Shown here: positions 1 through 18,149 of the stretch, in pieces
How positions within the stretch are numbered: the first letter of the stretch is position 1
Layout: every line of letters starts with the position of its first letter
Origin: Batkoa obscura
Taxonomy: Eukaryota
Length of the DNA stretch: 64,000 nucleotides
Assembly (NCBI GenBank): GCA_030770535.1
Contig: JASVEC010000024.1
Coordinates: forward strand, 186,001 to 250,000
Reading direction: 5' to 3'
Program-made: the position numbers and the translations under genes
Notes under the pieces: model-generated
Database searches by the model: none
Told to the model about the DNA's origin: nothing
The model's input: only the letters and a program-made list of their open reading frames with translations

Positions 1-250
1 ATCAAAAATAAACCAAGATTAGAACAAACTATTTTTTAAAAATTATTAATGTCATGTTATTTTTTAAATTGTATATTATTGTGGACAAAACAGTATTATT
101 GAATATTTACTTTGTGATATTTTTGTATTTTTCTAAAGTTTAAAGAAACTAGTATTCTCATAATCTAATCTCCAGTAAAATTTAAATTAATATTAAGTGT
201 AAAACAATTCAAATTAGTTATTGAATGATTACCAGACATAACAAAGTATC

Positions 251-348
251 TGGGGGATGTTTTTTAGTTTCATTATTTTTTCCATTTTTAAGCCCTATTT
301 GAGCGAAAAATTGTTAGTAAAATTCTTAAACTTAAAACACATTTCCAT
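251..348 (+). mobile_element. ~104-bp MITE-like element, copy 1
   Basis: Matches consensus TATGGGGATGT..TTCATTACTTTTTCCATTTTTAAGCGCTATTTGAGTGGAAA..GTTAGTAAAATTCTTAAA..ACATCCCCATA. Confidence 0.75.
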
Positions 349-624
349 CTAATATTTCAAAATTAAAAATATTTTAAAATAAAGATTTGTTTTTATGATT
401 TATTTAGATTATCCGTTTTTAAGTAAATATGTAGGGACTTTTATAGCTTTTCGAGATTTGTAGAAAAAAGCCAAATCATTAAAATAGAGCATACTTCAAA
501 ATATATTATAATATCAAAAGCTCAACTCTTATTTAAAAAACTATTATAATATAAAAAAATACAATTTGCAAAAAATATCTAAATATCTAAAACTCATAAA
601 AAGTTCTAATATAAAATTTAGTTT

Positions 625-1024
625 TTAATTTTCAGTATCTGGATTATAACTTAGTAAGTTTCTTAACTCTTTTTCACGGTTGAAATCTTGCTTAATAACC
701 CTATCGGTTAATAAAAACCTATTGTTAGCTTCTTGTGAACGAATAAGGGATCCGATAGCCATTAATGAGCCGAAGAAAGTAGCTGATTGTAACATAGAAC
801 TACCAACTGACCTTAAATATCCTTTAGGTCCTGGACCATAACTATAGAAATTGAAAATTAAAATTAATTCAAAATAAAATTATCATAGATCAAGAGTGTG
901 AATTAGCAATTACTTACACTAAAACTTGTACACCACCTAATAAAAATCCCATAGTAGCACCGACCGCTCCACCCATCATCAAGCCCATCTTCATTCGATC
1001 AAAATAACTTGGTTGTTGTGCCAT
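625..1024 (-). CDS. MGR2: Mgr2/Romo1 family mitochondrial TIM23-associated small membrane protein (2 exons)
   Basis: Manual translation: MAQQPSYFDRMKMGLMMGGAVGATMGFLLGGVQVF, then an intron, then YGPGPKGYLRSVGSSMLQSATFFGSLMAIGSLIRS..., TAA at 625-627. The KMG..MGG.VG and FG..MAIG..IR motifs are typical of Romo1/Mgr2. Confidence 0.9.
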
Positions 1025-1311
1025 TGTAGTTAGTTGGAAAATAATTAAAACAAAATTTATTTAACTTTTTTTTCATTGATTAAATTCAATTCTCAATTAA
1101 AAAGAACAAATGATAAAAAAGTGACGAAATTGAAAGATTATGGGATCCATAGTTTTATTTTAATAAAAATTCAAATGTATAGATTGAAATTGAGACATCA
1201 AAAGTACAAAGGTGTATTATATTTAAAAAAAACAATTTATTTTTTATTTTTGAGCTTTAATCAATTCCTAGATAATAATGAATTAAAACAGATATTAAAA
1301 AATCAATAAAA

Positions 1312-2049
1312 TTAAAAATATACTTTTTGTGCATTATTAACTGCTTTCTTAAAATCTTCAACTTCTTTCCAACAATCTAAAGTTCTCTTATTATGATTAC
1401 TAAAAATTTAAAATTTAAGGAATGATAATGGAATAGAAATAAATCAAGCTACTTACCGATAACAAGCGATTAAAGTTTCTTTAGCTTCCTCAATGACTTT
1501 ATTTTGTTTAGGTTCATTTCTATAATAAAAATTAAAAATCAATCAAATTAAGTCTTTCATACCCTAATGATAATCCTATAAACTTACGTCAAATGCTTGC
1601 TATTTAATTCCTTTACATAATCCAAAAGATAATTACTGTCAGTTAACCTTTTATCCTTAACCGAATTAAATAATAATTCCTGCTCTTTTTGAATTCTTTC
1701 AACTTCTTGTAATACTCTTTCGTCAACTATTCTTTCCATATTTTCAAACTCTAAATCTGCTTGTTTTTTAAAATCTTTCTATATTCCTAACGTTAATTTC
1801 ATCAATTCTTCAAAATATAATTAAATTTACTTTAATCTCTTCCTTATTTGATGTGACAGTGTTGTTATTACTTGGTTGATTATTACGAACCCCAGTTAAA
1901 TCTTGTAATAAATCTTGAGATATCTAAATTATGAGTTAATTTTTTATACTATAATTCTTATAAATATAAATTACAGATAACTTAGCTTGCGTTGGGGCAT
2001 AAAAGACTAATGGTTCATCACTTGCTTGTTTGGAACTATTAGAGCCCAT
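1312..2049 (-). CDS. MIC19: MICOS subunit Mic19/CHCHD3-like (multi-exon)
   Basis: N-myristoylation-type start MGSNSSK, a charged coiled-coil middle, and C-terminal EAKETLIACY..NHNKRTLDCWKEVEDFKKAV (C-x9-C signature). Confidence 0.8.
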
Positions 2050-2299
2050 TATGAAGTTGAGTATTTAATATCAATTAAAAATTGAAAACTTGACTAGAAA
2101 TAGCACTATAATTTTATACAAGATAATGAGTGAAATTGATTGATCGAAATATAGCCAATAATAATTGACTAGAAATGAAATATTCATTCTTAATTAGTTG
2201 AAATTTTAACCAATAAATTCTAACTATGTCTTCAGTTTATAGTTTATTACGATTTAACTTTTAGTTCTTTTTATTAAAATTCTTTTTATAAAGCACATA

Positions 2300-2631
2300 A
2301 TGACAGTAATACTTATTATCAAACTAATAAACTAAATATTCACTAAAATCGTTAGCAAATTGATTATTCTGCACCAATAGCCATTGAATTACTTCCAAGT
2401 TTATCGACTTTGTTTTTAACTTTAGGGTTATTATCCAGTGTTACTTATGGAATGTAAGTTTGTTTATAACTTGTATTGATTCAAATAAGATAAGATGCTG
2501 ATAATGTTTTATTTTATTTAAATAGTACCAAAAATTCCATAGTAAATGAAGGTTTGACTGCTATATTAGCTTCGAGTTTATTATCAGTAGGTTTATTGTT
2601 CTTTTTTACAATTGTTGGGTTGTCACCTTAA
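2300..2631 (+). CDS. OST5: Oligosaccharyltransferase small subunit Ost5/TMEM258-like (3 exons; absent from the ORF track)
   Basis: ATG ACA|intron|QIDYSAPIAIELLPSLSTLFLTLGLLSSVTYGI|intron|TKNSIVNEGLTAILASSLLSVGLLFFFTIVGLSP*. It has two TM helices and the Y.xP...L / E....l.aSl..g.G..F....VG pattern of TMEM258. Confidence 0.7.
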
Positions 2632-2757
2632 TTTATAACTATTTTTAATTTTAATTATTGAAATAAATTTTTTAATATAATGTAAAAATATAATAGTTAA
2701 TATATGAAAATAATATAATAATATTAATAATAAATTCAGCTTTATTTTTTTTAAAAA

Positions 2758-4782
2758 TTATTTGCAGATAGGTGCATTATCATTTTGATTATTATTCCAA
2801 TCCATTAGGGTTTGATAAGTGACATAAAACATCATCACAAAGCCAACTACAATAATTAATATATTTTTCATTTTAATTAAAGAAGTTTTAAATGAGTGAT
2901 TGTTTTCATCATTTAATATTTTTAAATGGAATAAAGCAGGAAAGATAAAAGATAATGGAATACAACAAAAGGAGCCAATTAAAGAAACAAAATGATTTAA
3001 AGAAGAGGAACCAACATAAGAGATATAACTGATTAATAATACAATTAAGATTCTTATTATATTCTTATTCCATTTAACTATCATAGATCTTTTACCTGAT
3101 TTTGAAAATAATAATTGCTCAATAATAGCAATGATTGGAAAGACTTGCAACGGGACTGATAGTATAATAGCCACAGCATACATGGATTGAATTAATGAAG
3201 TATTAATATGATCTTTTGGTAAATTTAATAAAACCACCGTTTTTACTTGATCGCCAAAAGTTAAATAAGATAAAGCACCGATAAATACAAACACAATTGT
3301 AATAAATAACATAGTGTAACTTAATATCTTTGGAAATTTTTCTGGTTCTTTCATTGATTGTAAAATTGGAATAATTAAGCCAATACCTTCAAATGTAAAG
3401 ATTGCAGTACCGATAAAAGTAGTAAAATTAGCCGAGTTAAAATATTGAATTTCAGCAAGTCCATTTTGATTGATGTAATTGACATTAAAATAAACCAAAT
3501 AAAATAAACCAATAACAATAAAAATATCTGCAATTAAAGCCATTAATGATAAGCTTTTGATTTTACGTAACATTGCAATTGGTATATAAATTAATAATTG
3601 AATTAATATAAATGAATATTCTGGTATAATATATTGACATTGAGTAACATTATAAAACACTTGTTCCAAATTTTTAGCAATAAAAATAATATAAGTGCAA
3701 GAAAAACCAATTTGAGAAATCACAATTGAAAACAATATAATTTTTCTTGTCCATTTACCGAATAAAATCTCCCCCATATCACCAAAACTACCGCCAATTT
3801 TTAATTGAGCTTCGATTAAAAGTAACATTGTATGTAATCCCAATAAAGAAATCAATATTAAAAACAAAAATGAAAATGCCATCCCACCATCATAAAAACT
3901 ACGTGGTAAAAATAGAACTCCAGTACCAACGAAGGACTTGATTAGTAAAAATACTGCTTTACCAGCAGATCCTGTAGCGGGTGGTGGATTCATTTCAATA
4001 TTCGACATTCTTCTAATCAATCGTGCTCTTTCATTTGTTTGTTGTCCAATTTCTTCTTCTTCAAGTTCATCTAAGATAGTTTCTTCATTATCATCTAATG
4101 GATAAATTTCACCTGCAAAATGACCATATAAAGCCAAAAAATCCAAAAAGTTGGTAGTAATCAAATTAGTATCTCTACCATCTCTTTCATTCTGAGTTAA
4201 TATATGATGGCGACGAAAAGCCCCTGGTATTAATAGAGAGGAAGGTGTAGCTATCAAATTACCATCTTCATCAATGGCATCTCTTAAGTAAGGCATTGAA
4301 TTACTTCTTTTCATTCTAGTTTTACGATCCACTTCTTGTTGCCATTTGTAAATATCTCGAGTTATATCACCACTTTGTAATAAATGTGAATCTAATATTG
4401 GTTCTTCATTATTAAAATTATCGGCGTTGGAATGTAAGGAAGTAACATCTTCATTTTGATTTAATAATGAATTAGAATAAGACTCGTTATCACTATTATT
4501 TCTTATATCTGAAAAGGTCACTAAATGTTTCTTAACTGCTGAAGAAATCTCACGTTCCATTTGATCATTTAATGGGTTATAATCACCTCTGGGTGAATTG
4601 GACAATAAAAATTCACTATTACTTTTAATGGAACCATAGTTTGTATTAGTTGGGTTATTAATATCAATTTCTTCATTAAGTCGGGCATTTAATTGCTCTC
4701 GATTGAGTTCTAAATTACTTTCAGTATAACTATTACTTGGTAATTTATCCACAGTTGATGTTTCTTTTTTAATCGGTTTCAT
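2758..4782 (-). CDS. Vacuolar neutral amino-acid transporter, Avt3/Avt4 (AAAP/Aa_trans) family
   Basis: Intronless 674-aa ORF with motifs GDITRDIYKW, PGAFRRH, FLDFLALYGHFAGE, LLIKSFVGTGVLFLP, GTAIFTFEGIGLIIP; about 11 TM segments. Confidence 0.92.
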   Translation of the reverse strand: MKPIKKETSTVDKLPSNSYTESNLELNREQLNARLNEEIDINNPTNTNYGSIKSNSEFLLSNSPRGDYNPLNDQMEREISSAVKKHLVTFSDIRNNSDNESYSNSLLNQNEDVTSLHSNADNFNNEEPILDSHLLQSGDITRDIYKWQQEVDRKTRMKRSNSMPYLRDAIDEDGNLIATPSSLLIPGAFRRHHILTQNERDGRDTNLITTNFLDFLALYGHFAGEIYPLDDNEETILDELEEEEIGQQTNERARLIRRMSNIEMNPPPATGSAGKAVFLLIKSFVGTGVLFLPRSFYDGGMAFSFLFLILISLLGLHTMLLLIEAQLKIGGSFGDMGEILFGKWTRKIILFSIVISQIGFSCTYIIFIAKNLEQVFYNVTQCQYIIPEYSFILIQLLIYIPIAMLRKIKSLSLMALIADIFIVIGLFYLVYFNVNYINQNGLAEIQYFNSANFTTFIGTAIFTFEGIGLIIPILQSMKEPEKFPKILSYTMLFITIVFVFIGALSYLTFGDQVKTVVLLNLPKDHINTSLIQSMYAVAIILSVPLQVFPIIAIIEQLLFSKSGKRSMIVKWNKNIIRILIVLLISYISYVGSSSLNHFVSLIGSFCCIPLSFIFPALFHLKILNDENNHSFKTSLIKMKNILIIVVGFVMMFYVTYQTLMDWNNNQNDNAPICK

Positions 4783-5364
4783 TTCAAAGTGTTATATATT
4801 ATGGAATATAAAGTTTATTGAGTTTCTGTTTTGGAATTTGTTAATTTTAAATGGATTACATCAACCACACCTTTTTTTATTAACTGACAAAATTCAATTT
4901 AAGCCTTTGATATTTTTATTCTTTTGAAAAATTTCTTTTTCTATTTTTAGTAAGGAAGTAGTTAAATTAACTCAAGTCAACTTTTGCAACAAAGTTTAAG
5001 AGTCCTTCGGTGAAGGTAATGATAAACATGGTTTTTTTTTTAAATTTCTAACATTGGCAATTCATCATAACCCTTCAAAGAAAGATGTTTAGATGAATTG
5101 ATGCAGACATTTTTTAATAGTAAGTGATGGTGAGAGTGAAAAAAATACGAGTTACCATAAAAGAAACTATATTGAACTCAAATATAAAATTATAATCAAA
5201 ATACAATTAAACTTTAATAAAAATTATTTTTAAAGTAACAGGCTAAATATTTAAAACACTGTATTTTATAAGATCAGTATTTTTATATCTAAAATTAATA
5301 CAATTGCTTTTATAATAATTTATATTTTGTTTACTTTTGGTTTCAATTGCTATCAAAGAAAAGA

Positions 5365-5468
5365 TATGGGGATAGATTTTTTATTTAAGAATTCTACTAA
5401 TAGATTTTTCACTCAAGTAGCACTTAAAAGATAGAAAAAGTAATGAAATAAAAAAAAACATACCCATA
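5365..5468 (-). mobile_element. MITE-like element, copy 2
   Basis: tatggggata...acatacccata, internal consensus in reverse orientation. Confidence 0.8.
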
Positions 5469-5638
5469 TATCCTTGCTCAATTATTTTCTTTAAATAGCT
5501 ATAGTAGGCTGATGATTAATATTTTTTAAAATCAGAACAAGTCTCATTCTATAAGATAAATTTATACAATTAATAAATAACTTTAATTCAAAAGTGGTAA
5601 ATTATTCATTAATTCTACTAAGCTTACTATAAATACAA

Positions 5639-5742
5639 TATGGGGATGTATTTTTGTGTTTAAGAATTTTACTAAGAATTTTTCTACTCAAATAGGGCTT
5701 AAAAAATAGAAAAAGTGATGAAGCCAAAAATACATCCCTATA
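5639..5742 (-). mobile_element. MITE-like element, copy 3
   Basis: tatggggatgt...acatccctata. Confidence 0.85.
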
Positions 5743-6415
5743 TCTTATAAATAAATAAATATTATAAATATATATCAGATATAAATAAATAATATTATTA
5801 AATTATTAACTGAATTTGTTTTATTTAGTTTTCCTTTAATATTTAAAAGAACTAATCAATTATATTGATGAAATTAAAGTGTATATAAATATTGAGCTGT
5901 ATTAAAAAATAATAGAAGCTGAAACAAAAGAAATATTTTGCATAAACAATAAATTTTTAATACCAATAGCAGAAAAAGCAGTTATCCAACCAAATTATCT
6001 AAATTCAATTATGAATAAGTTATCTAAAAAAGGAATAAAACTATAATCTCAATTATAATAACAAGAGGGATATTATAAGTAATTATAACACCTCTAGCTG
6101 ATAGTATAGTAGTAATGTGATTTTATGATCTTCAGTTTCTCTTTTTTATTAGTAATATTTTTTTATTGATTATACAGAAGACTTTGAAATTTAAGAATAT
6201 GTAGAATGAGATGGTAATGTAATATTGAAAGCATCTATTGTTCTTGGTATTGTTAGTGTTTGTGTATTATTTTTTAAATCCAAGAGAAACAATTTATAAA
6301 TTTCATGTTCTTTCTTATATTACAAATAATAGCAATAATAAAATAAAAAATTAGATTGAAGTATTAGTTAATTGATATGTTCATTTGACTTATTTTTATT
6401 ATTAAAACAATTAGC

Positions 6416-6839
6416 TTAACTTTGTACTTCACTTTCTGTTTTTAGTTGCCATAAACCATATGGTTTACCTGGTTCATTCTATTAAAATTAATAACTTGTA
6501 AAAATGAATTAAAATTCAATTACCTGCCAAAGACGAATAGTACCATCCTCTACAATAAATAAATAAATAAATAAATAAAAATCTCAATAAATTCTTATAA
6601 CTCTATTTTTACCTGAACCTGAAGCATAAATTTCACCATCTGGTGAATAAGAAACAGAATGAACAGGCCCATGATGACCTTTGTAAACTTCCAATTCCTC
6701 TCCAGTATTAAAATCAAAAGTATGTACCCAAAGATCAGATATGCCACCAACAATTAATTTATCTTTCTTGTTTGGAGATATAGAAACAGATGATACATCA
6801 AATTTAAAATCCATTTCTTTAATTAACTCTAAACTATTA

Positions 6840-6881
<42 letters not shown>

Positions 6882-7710
6882 TTATTAATATCCCAAAATA
6901 TGGCTTGTTTACCAGCACTACATTGTAATATACTTTCATCCATTGAAATGCCCATACTTGATATATTACTTTTAGTATCTAGTCTTTTAACTTCTGTCAT
7001 TGTGCGAGGGTCCCAAACTCTAAAAAATACTCATCAATCAATCGAAGACCAATTCAAAAACTAATTTTTAAATTTACCTAATAAAACTTTCTTCCCCACT
7101 TGAAAATAATAAATTTTTTTGATTATCCCATTGTAGATATTTAATATTCGTTTCCACTTTTGGAAATAATAAACCTTGTTTATCTCCATTTTTAATATCA
7201 AATAATCGAATTTGTTTCTCTTGTCCACCAGTAACTATCTTTTCTCCAAGACTATCAAAACAACAACTTCTTACAATATGTTGATGGGAATACGTCGATA
7301 ACTCTTCCCCAGTTACTGCATTCCATAGCTTACTTTCTATTAATTAGTAACTTCTTTTTAAATGTTTTAAAGTTTTGATTACGCTGTAAAATCCGCTGAG
7401 CCAGTGACAGCTAACTTAGCATCTTTAGATAAATTAGCACACCAAACCGCTCCTTTATGACCTAAAAAAGTACCTAACCAATCCCCTGTTTTACCATCTC
7501 TTAAGATTGGTTTACCATCTTTTTATTGAATTAAAATTAGTTTGATTGATTCTTAAATTTGAATTTAAATTAATTACCTTTACAAGCAGAGATCAAGTAA
7601 TATTTTTCATTAATGATTGGTGAAAATTGAAGCTGTACTACTGGTCTTGTATGACCTGAACATGTCAATGGATTTTGTTTTAATTTTGTTTTATCTGTTG
7701 AAGTTTCCAT
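6416..7710 (-). CDS. STRAP: WD40 protein STRAP/UNRIP (serine-threonine kinase receptor-associated protein), multi-exon
   Basis: Spliced translation: [59 protein letters not shown]..; [39 protein letters not shown]. Confidence 0.92.
6842..6880. repeat. (TTA)n microsatellite in a STRAP intron
   Basis: About 13 consecutive TTA units; these produce the poly-Tyr of spurious ORF 6741..7064. Confidence 0.95.
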
Positions 7711-7887
7711 ATTTTTTTATAGTTGAATCGTTAAAGTTAATAAAGAAAAATAAATAATAATTCTATTATAGTTAGAAATAAAAAAATTAATATAGTTTTT
7801 AAGCTTAAATTTCAATAGTTAAATACATTAATTTAATTGGTTAATATTTGATGACTTCATAAAAAAAATTTAGTTCAAATTTCAAAT

Positions 7888-9813
<1,926 letters not shown>

Positions 9814-10323
9814 TTGTTTTAATATTGATTGATAAAAAAAATAAAACTACTTCATAACTTTTTGATAAAGTATGAAGGTTACTCTAATTCATTCCATGAT
9901 TTCACTATTTACCAATTAAATGAACTATTAGCTAACTATTTCATGGAACTATATGAGTCTGTTTTTTTTGTTTAAGAAAATAAATTTTCGATTTAATTGG
10001 GATAAAAAAAACGGAAAAATTAGTCAAATTAAATAAGACAATTTTACATGTTAAAGTAATAAAATTGTAATAATTTGTCATTAAAAAACTTAGTGAGATA
10101 TCAAATAAATTATAAACTATTAAAGTTTAAAGTATAAGGACCAAAATTTTTAAGACTATTTTATTTAAACAAATAAAAATTAATAAATCTTAAAAATAAA
10201 ATTTAAGATCAAAAAATGGGTTTACATTTCTAAATTAAGGTTGACTACTTTTTTAACAAAGAATCTTTTTTTGGATTTTAAACAACTTAAACTTTTAAGC
10301 CAAACACCATATTTCTATTCAAA

Positions 10324-11117
10324 ATGGCAATAAAAAAACGAAGTGAAATAACTTCTAGTTCGAGTACTTCAAAGATGAATGGTAGTCAAAGTTTAGAATC
10401 TCAAAAAGCTGCTTTGCTCTCCAACCCAAGTCAACACTTTTCCATGGTACGTAACTTTTACATAGCTGATTTTTTAACTCTATTAAACGGTGCTTGTGGT
10501 TCTGGTTCTGTATTAGCTTGTTTAAACTATTTGGTATCCAATAAGAAGGAGGATTTATGGGTAGCTTTTATACTCATACCATTAGGTGTATTTTTTGATT
10601 TCTTGGATGGACGAGTAGCTCGTTGGCGTAATGAATCTTCAGTTTTAGGTCAAGAATTGGACTCGTTGGCAGATTTGGTAAGTTTACTATTATATTATTA
10701 CTATTATTATTATTATCAAATCAGTTTTAATTTACTTACAATTTTATTTAGATCTCTTTTGGATTAGCCCCAGCTTGTTTAGGTTATTGTATTGGGTTAA
10801 GAGGTTTTTTTGATCAAGCAATATTGGTTTATTTTGTATCTTGTGGAATTGCAAGATTGGCAAGATATAACGCAACAGTAGCTTTATTGCCTAAAGATGC
10901 TAAGGGTAAAATCACTTATTTTGAAGGTACCCCTATACCTACAAGTTTAGCTATTGTGTTGTTTTTAGCTTATCATTTTTATTATGATAATATTTTAGAT
11001 AACTTACCTCTTAGTTTTATTTCTATATTTAAGACCAAATTTCATCCCATTTCACTGATCTATGCTGTCCTTGGCTCTTGTATGATCTCTAGATCTTTAC
11101 GTATTCCTAAGCTTTAA
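10324..11117 (+). CDS. CHO1: CDP-diacylglycerol--serine O-phosphatidyltransferase (phosphatidylserine synthase); intron ~10678-10751
   Basis: HFSMVRNFYIADFLTLLNG, CDP-alcohol phosphotransferase motif DFLDGRVARWR..LGQELDSLADLISFG, and RLARYN..YFEGTPIP..MISRSLRIPK. Confidence 0.93.
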
Positions 11118-11404
11118 TATAAAATAACTTACTATATGTTAAAAAAACAATGAATGTTAATAGTGAATTTAGAGCACATTGTTAAGTTATTTCATGAGTT
11201 TAAAATTTCGTTTTTATATTTTTAGTTATAAATAGGTATTAACAAATAAAAGGTTGATTAAAATAAACTATTTATTTATATCTAACATTAATAAACAAAA
11301 AAAAGAAACAAAGTTTGATGCACAAAGAAATAAAAAATAAATTAAAGATGAGCCGTTTCACTAGATATTGATTAAAATACAAAATAATAAATAGTGATAA
11401 TAAA

Positions 11405-14525
<3,121 letters not shown>

Positions 14526-15127
14526 CTTTAAAAAAATTGATTTTGAATTTTTTACTCTGCTTGGCGTTAAATTAATCATGTTTGTGGCTCTGATTTAAGT
14601 TAGCAAAGTTGCCTTTTTTAGCTTTGTGTGTAGTTTTATTGCTTATAAGCTTAGATGCGTTTTTTACTTCAATTTGCCTGAGTTTAATAGATTTTTGCAG
14701 AATGAATCTTATTAAAATTTTTTTTCTTTAATTGCAAAGTATCATGTACCTTGACTTATAATTTTCATATATTGGTTAAGACGTTATAGGCACCATAGCC
14801 ATTTATTATTAATTTTTATGTTATTTTTATTTTAAAATGTTTTCATTTAACATCTTTGTTAATATTATTTTATTAGAGGGTGTTGAATAATTTGATAATA
14901 AGCATATTTTTAAACAGAAGTATTTTAATGCGAGAGCATTTAATCCTAATGTGATATATACAATCTAATAAAACATATATAGTGAATTACAATTTAATGT
15001 AAGATTAGACATAAAATAAAAACAAAATAATTTAGAAATTACATACAATTCAGTTAAAAATAGAACAAAAATAATCTAATAAAGACAGTTTTATAGAAAT
15101 ATCGACAATTAAAGGTTAAGTTAGAAA

Positions 15128-16273
15128 TTAAAGGTTACCACGAGCATCTTGATCTCTTTCAATAGACTCAAATAATGCTTTGAAGTTACCTGCCCCAAAA
15201 CCTTCATGGTTGTAACGTTGAATAACTTCTAAGAAAAAGGTTGGTCTATCTTGTAAAGGCTTAGTGAAAAGTTGGAGCAAATAACCATTCTCATCAAAAT
15301 CAACTAAAATGTTAAGCTTTTGAATAACATCTAAGTCTTCTGCTACTTTTGTACGTGATGTTTTAAGGCGTAATCTTAAATTATCATAATAAGTGGCTGG
15401 AACGGATAAGAAATCGGAACCACGAGCTCTTAAAGAGGTGACAGCATTAATAATATCGTTAGTATTTAAAGCAATATGTTGTACTCCAGAACCACCAAAA
15501 TATTCAACATATTCTTGAATTTGACTCTTCTTTTTACCTTCGGCTGGTTCATTAATTGGCATCTTGACTCTTTCAGTTGAATCAGCCATGACAACGGAAC
15601 GTAAAGCTGAGTATTCAGTATGGATTTGGGAATCATCAACTGACCAGAATCTATGGAAACCTAAACATTTTTCATAATATTGACAAGCTGGTTCCATACC
15701 TTGGTCCGGTTGGTTACCTACACAATGGTCAATATAATTAAGCTTACAAGCTGGTAAAAGTTGTTCTAATGGATCGATAACAGTGGTTGCTTTATAATTT
15801 GGTAAAAAGGTTCCCTTATAGTTCTTACGTTCAACAAAGGTATGTTCAGTATCCCCATAGGTGGCTACAGTGGCCATAATTACAGTACCATCTTGATCAG
15901 TTTCTTCCCATGGAGCACGAATAGATTTGGCACCTCTCTTTACAGCGAGCTCATAAACACTACGGGCATCATCAACAGTGAATGCAACATTCTTAGCATT
16001 ATCACCATGTTGACCAAGTTCTTTGGTAAATTGTTGATTATCTGGGTTAAGAGCAGATTGGAAAGCAAAGATGATCTTATCTTGTTGAACAACATGAGTA
16101 ACAACATCACGATGACCAGTTTCAAGACCACGGTAAGCAATGTGTTTAAAACCTAAACGGGTAATATAATAAGAAGCGGCTTGTTTAGCATTACCAACCA
16201 TAAAAAGGATGTGGTCAAAACCATGGTAGTTTCCACCATGGGCTTCAATAGTATTTGAATAGGTATTGGTCAT
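15128..16273 (-). CDS. HPD: 4-hydroxyphenylpyruvate dioxygenase
   Basis: Intronless 381 aa: [87 protein letters not shown]. Confidence 0.97.
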   Translation of the reverse strand: MTNTYSNTIEAHGGNYHGFDHILFMVGNAKQAASYYITRLGFKHIAYRGLETGHRDVVTHVVQQDKIIFAFQSALNPDNQQFTKELGQHGDNAKNVAFTVDDARSVYELAVKRGAKSIRAPWEETDQDGTVIMATVATYGDTEHTFVERKNYKGTFLPNYKATTVIDPLEQLLPACKLNYIDHCVGNQPDQGMEPACQYYEKCLGFHRFWSVDDSQIHTEYSALRSVVMADSTERVKMPINEPAEGKKKSQIQEYVEYFGGSGVQHIALNTNDIINAVTSLRARGSDFLSVPATYYDNLRLRLKTSRTKVAEDLDVIQKLNILVDFDENGYLLQLFTKPLQDRPTFFLEVIQRYNHEGFGAGNFKALFESIERDQDARGNL

Positions 16274-17874
16274 TTTTATTTATTGATTTAGATAAGTAAG
16301 TTAAAGATAATCAATCTTCATCTTTTATACTTTTGAGCTATTCTTAGCTTGATCCATGTGATTTTTCCAACTAAATTTAGAGCTTCCTATTTGCTGTAAC
16401 TCTAAAGAATATAAGCTGTTTTATTGGATATAGTCAGGGGCGACCTATCTACTGATGAGAATTTAATTTGACGCTAATTATTCAATTTAACTAAATCATT
16501 AGGATTGGTTAGATTTCAGAAATAAAAATTTTAAGCTTGAAAAATATTTCATCATTTATTATGTAAAAGGGACTGTGGGAAAAAATACCGGTTTCGGAGA
16601 TCAAATCAAGTAACTAAGAAATGAGGTTATCTCACATCCATGATACATATATAAGCTGTTGCTATTGTTATTTGTACTGATTATAATATATTGTTGATAG
16701 TGCCATAGGCTCTATCGGCTTAAGAATAGAATTTATGCTCTAATAGCTTTTAGCCACACTTTGATTTTTTACTGCTTCGATATTTCCTGATTGGGCATCA
16801 TTGAATCTATCCCTGACTAAACTTTAAATTCATTTATTATCAAATTAATAACTAGTTAATGAAATCATTCAGCTTTTTTTGATCAGCTTTTAATTAGTGG
16901 AGTAAAATATCTTAAAGTCATTAAGAATAAATTTAAAGAATGCAAAATAGTCAGGATTGTTCAAATAGAATTGTAAAATAGTCAGGATCTCTTAGAAAAT
17001 ATTATCATAATGATTTTATCGTTATTTAAAAGGTCAATCTATATCCACTTTATCTATTGGCTTTATTCTAATAATTTTAACTATAGTTGACACTTGTGTT
17101 TTTCCTGAATTAATATCAAACCTATTGTTAATGTGGCTTTTTTATTGAGATTTCATATAAAATCCACTTTTTAAAAAGAATAAGCATTTATAGAAATAAG
17201 CTACTTGTAAAAAGATTGATGGTAATAAGTAATAAATTTATTTAAAATGAAAAGGTGTTAGAAAGGCCTTTGATTTAAAACAAATGTAACATGTTATAAA
17301 GGGATTTATAATCACTCGAATGATACATTTTAATAAAATAAACTGTTTTTTAATAATAGATTTAACTTTGAATGTCTATATTTCTGACATTCAAGTATAT
17401 TGATAATTCAAAATTCAAAATTCATTCCACAGTCCAGTAAGGTTATTCATATTAATTTTCAACCCTACTGGGTTTTTACTATTGATATAATAATTAATTT
17501 TAGAAATTTCAGATGAAGCGTAAACGTTTCTGTATGTAAAGAATTAGTTATTTTATTATAATACTTTAAATTTTATAATCACTATTAATTGCTATTTACT
17601 TATATTGAAATAGTAAGCCATTCAATTTTACTGACTATGATAAACTAAATTCATTAAGTTTAATCGAAGCGATACAACTGAATTCAATGAGGATATGTAA
17701 TAATGTTGATAAATTAATCATGATACAATGAGGAGTATAATATTTTTTAATAAAAGGTAATAAGGTAGTAGTAACCAACAGTGAATTTAAAATCGAAACA
17801 GTCCAAGTATAACTAAGAATCCTTAGGAAACAGCACTAAGTCTTATATGTATAAATTGTTTGAGGTTAATATGA

Positions 17875-18132
17875 GAGTATTTTTTATCAATTGTCTATTT
17901 TTACTACTTTTTTAAAATCAAATAGCTAATACAGCTATTTAAGCTTGAATGTATGGTGACTAGTAATAACTTTCATAACAAATTATTCATACTATTATGT
18001 CAATCTGCAGCTTAGTAATTAGACTTTATTTTAAAATGAGCAATTGATCATCACACATTCAAGCTTCAACAGCTGTATTAACTAATTGGTTTTAAAAAAA
18101 GTAGCAAAAATGGACAATTGTTAAAGAACATC
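17875..18132. repeat. Imperfect long inverted repeat (foldback or MITE-like); core arms 17888-17952 and 18055-18120
   Basis: Left arm caattgtctatttttactacttttttaaaatcaaatagctaatacagctatttaagcttgaatgt versus reverse complement of the right arm caattgtccatttttgctactttttttaaaaccaattagttaatacagctgttgaagcttgaatgt. Confidence 0.85.
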
Positions 18133-18149
18133 ACTGTATATTGTAGGCA

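Noticed and set aside
1076..1309. Short intergenic ORFs (1076, 19207, 21860, 27413)
   Set aside because: They have low-complexity F/I/K/L/N composition expected by chance in very AT-rich DNA, with no splice or homology support.
15842..16156. Overlapping ORFs inside HPD, and similar ones at 3747, 6741, 11999, 41540, 41712, 44920, 46968, 50368 and 57692
   Set aside because: They are antisense or alternate-frame by-products of real genes, with no independent motifs.
15128..16273. Intronless HPD as a bacterial horizontal transfer
   Set aside because: The sequence is of the eukaryotic type ([34 protein letters not shown]), and other native genes here are also intronless.
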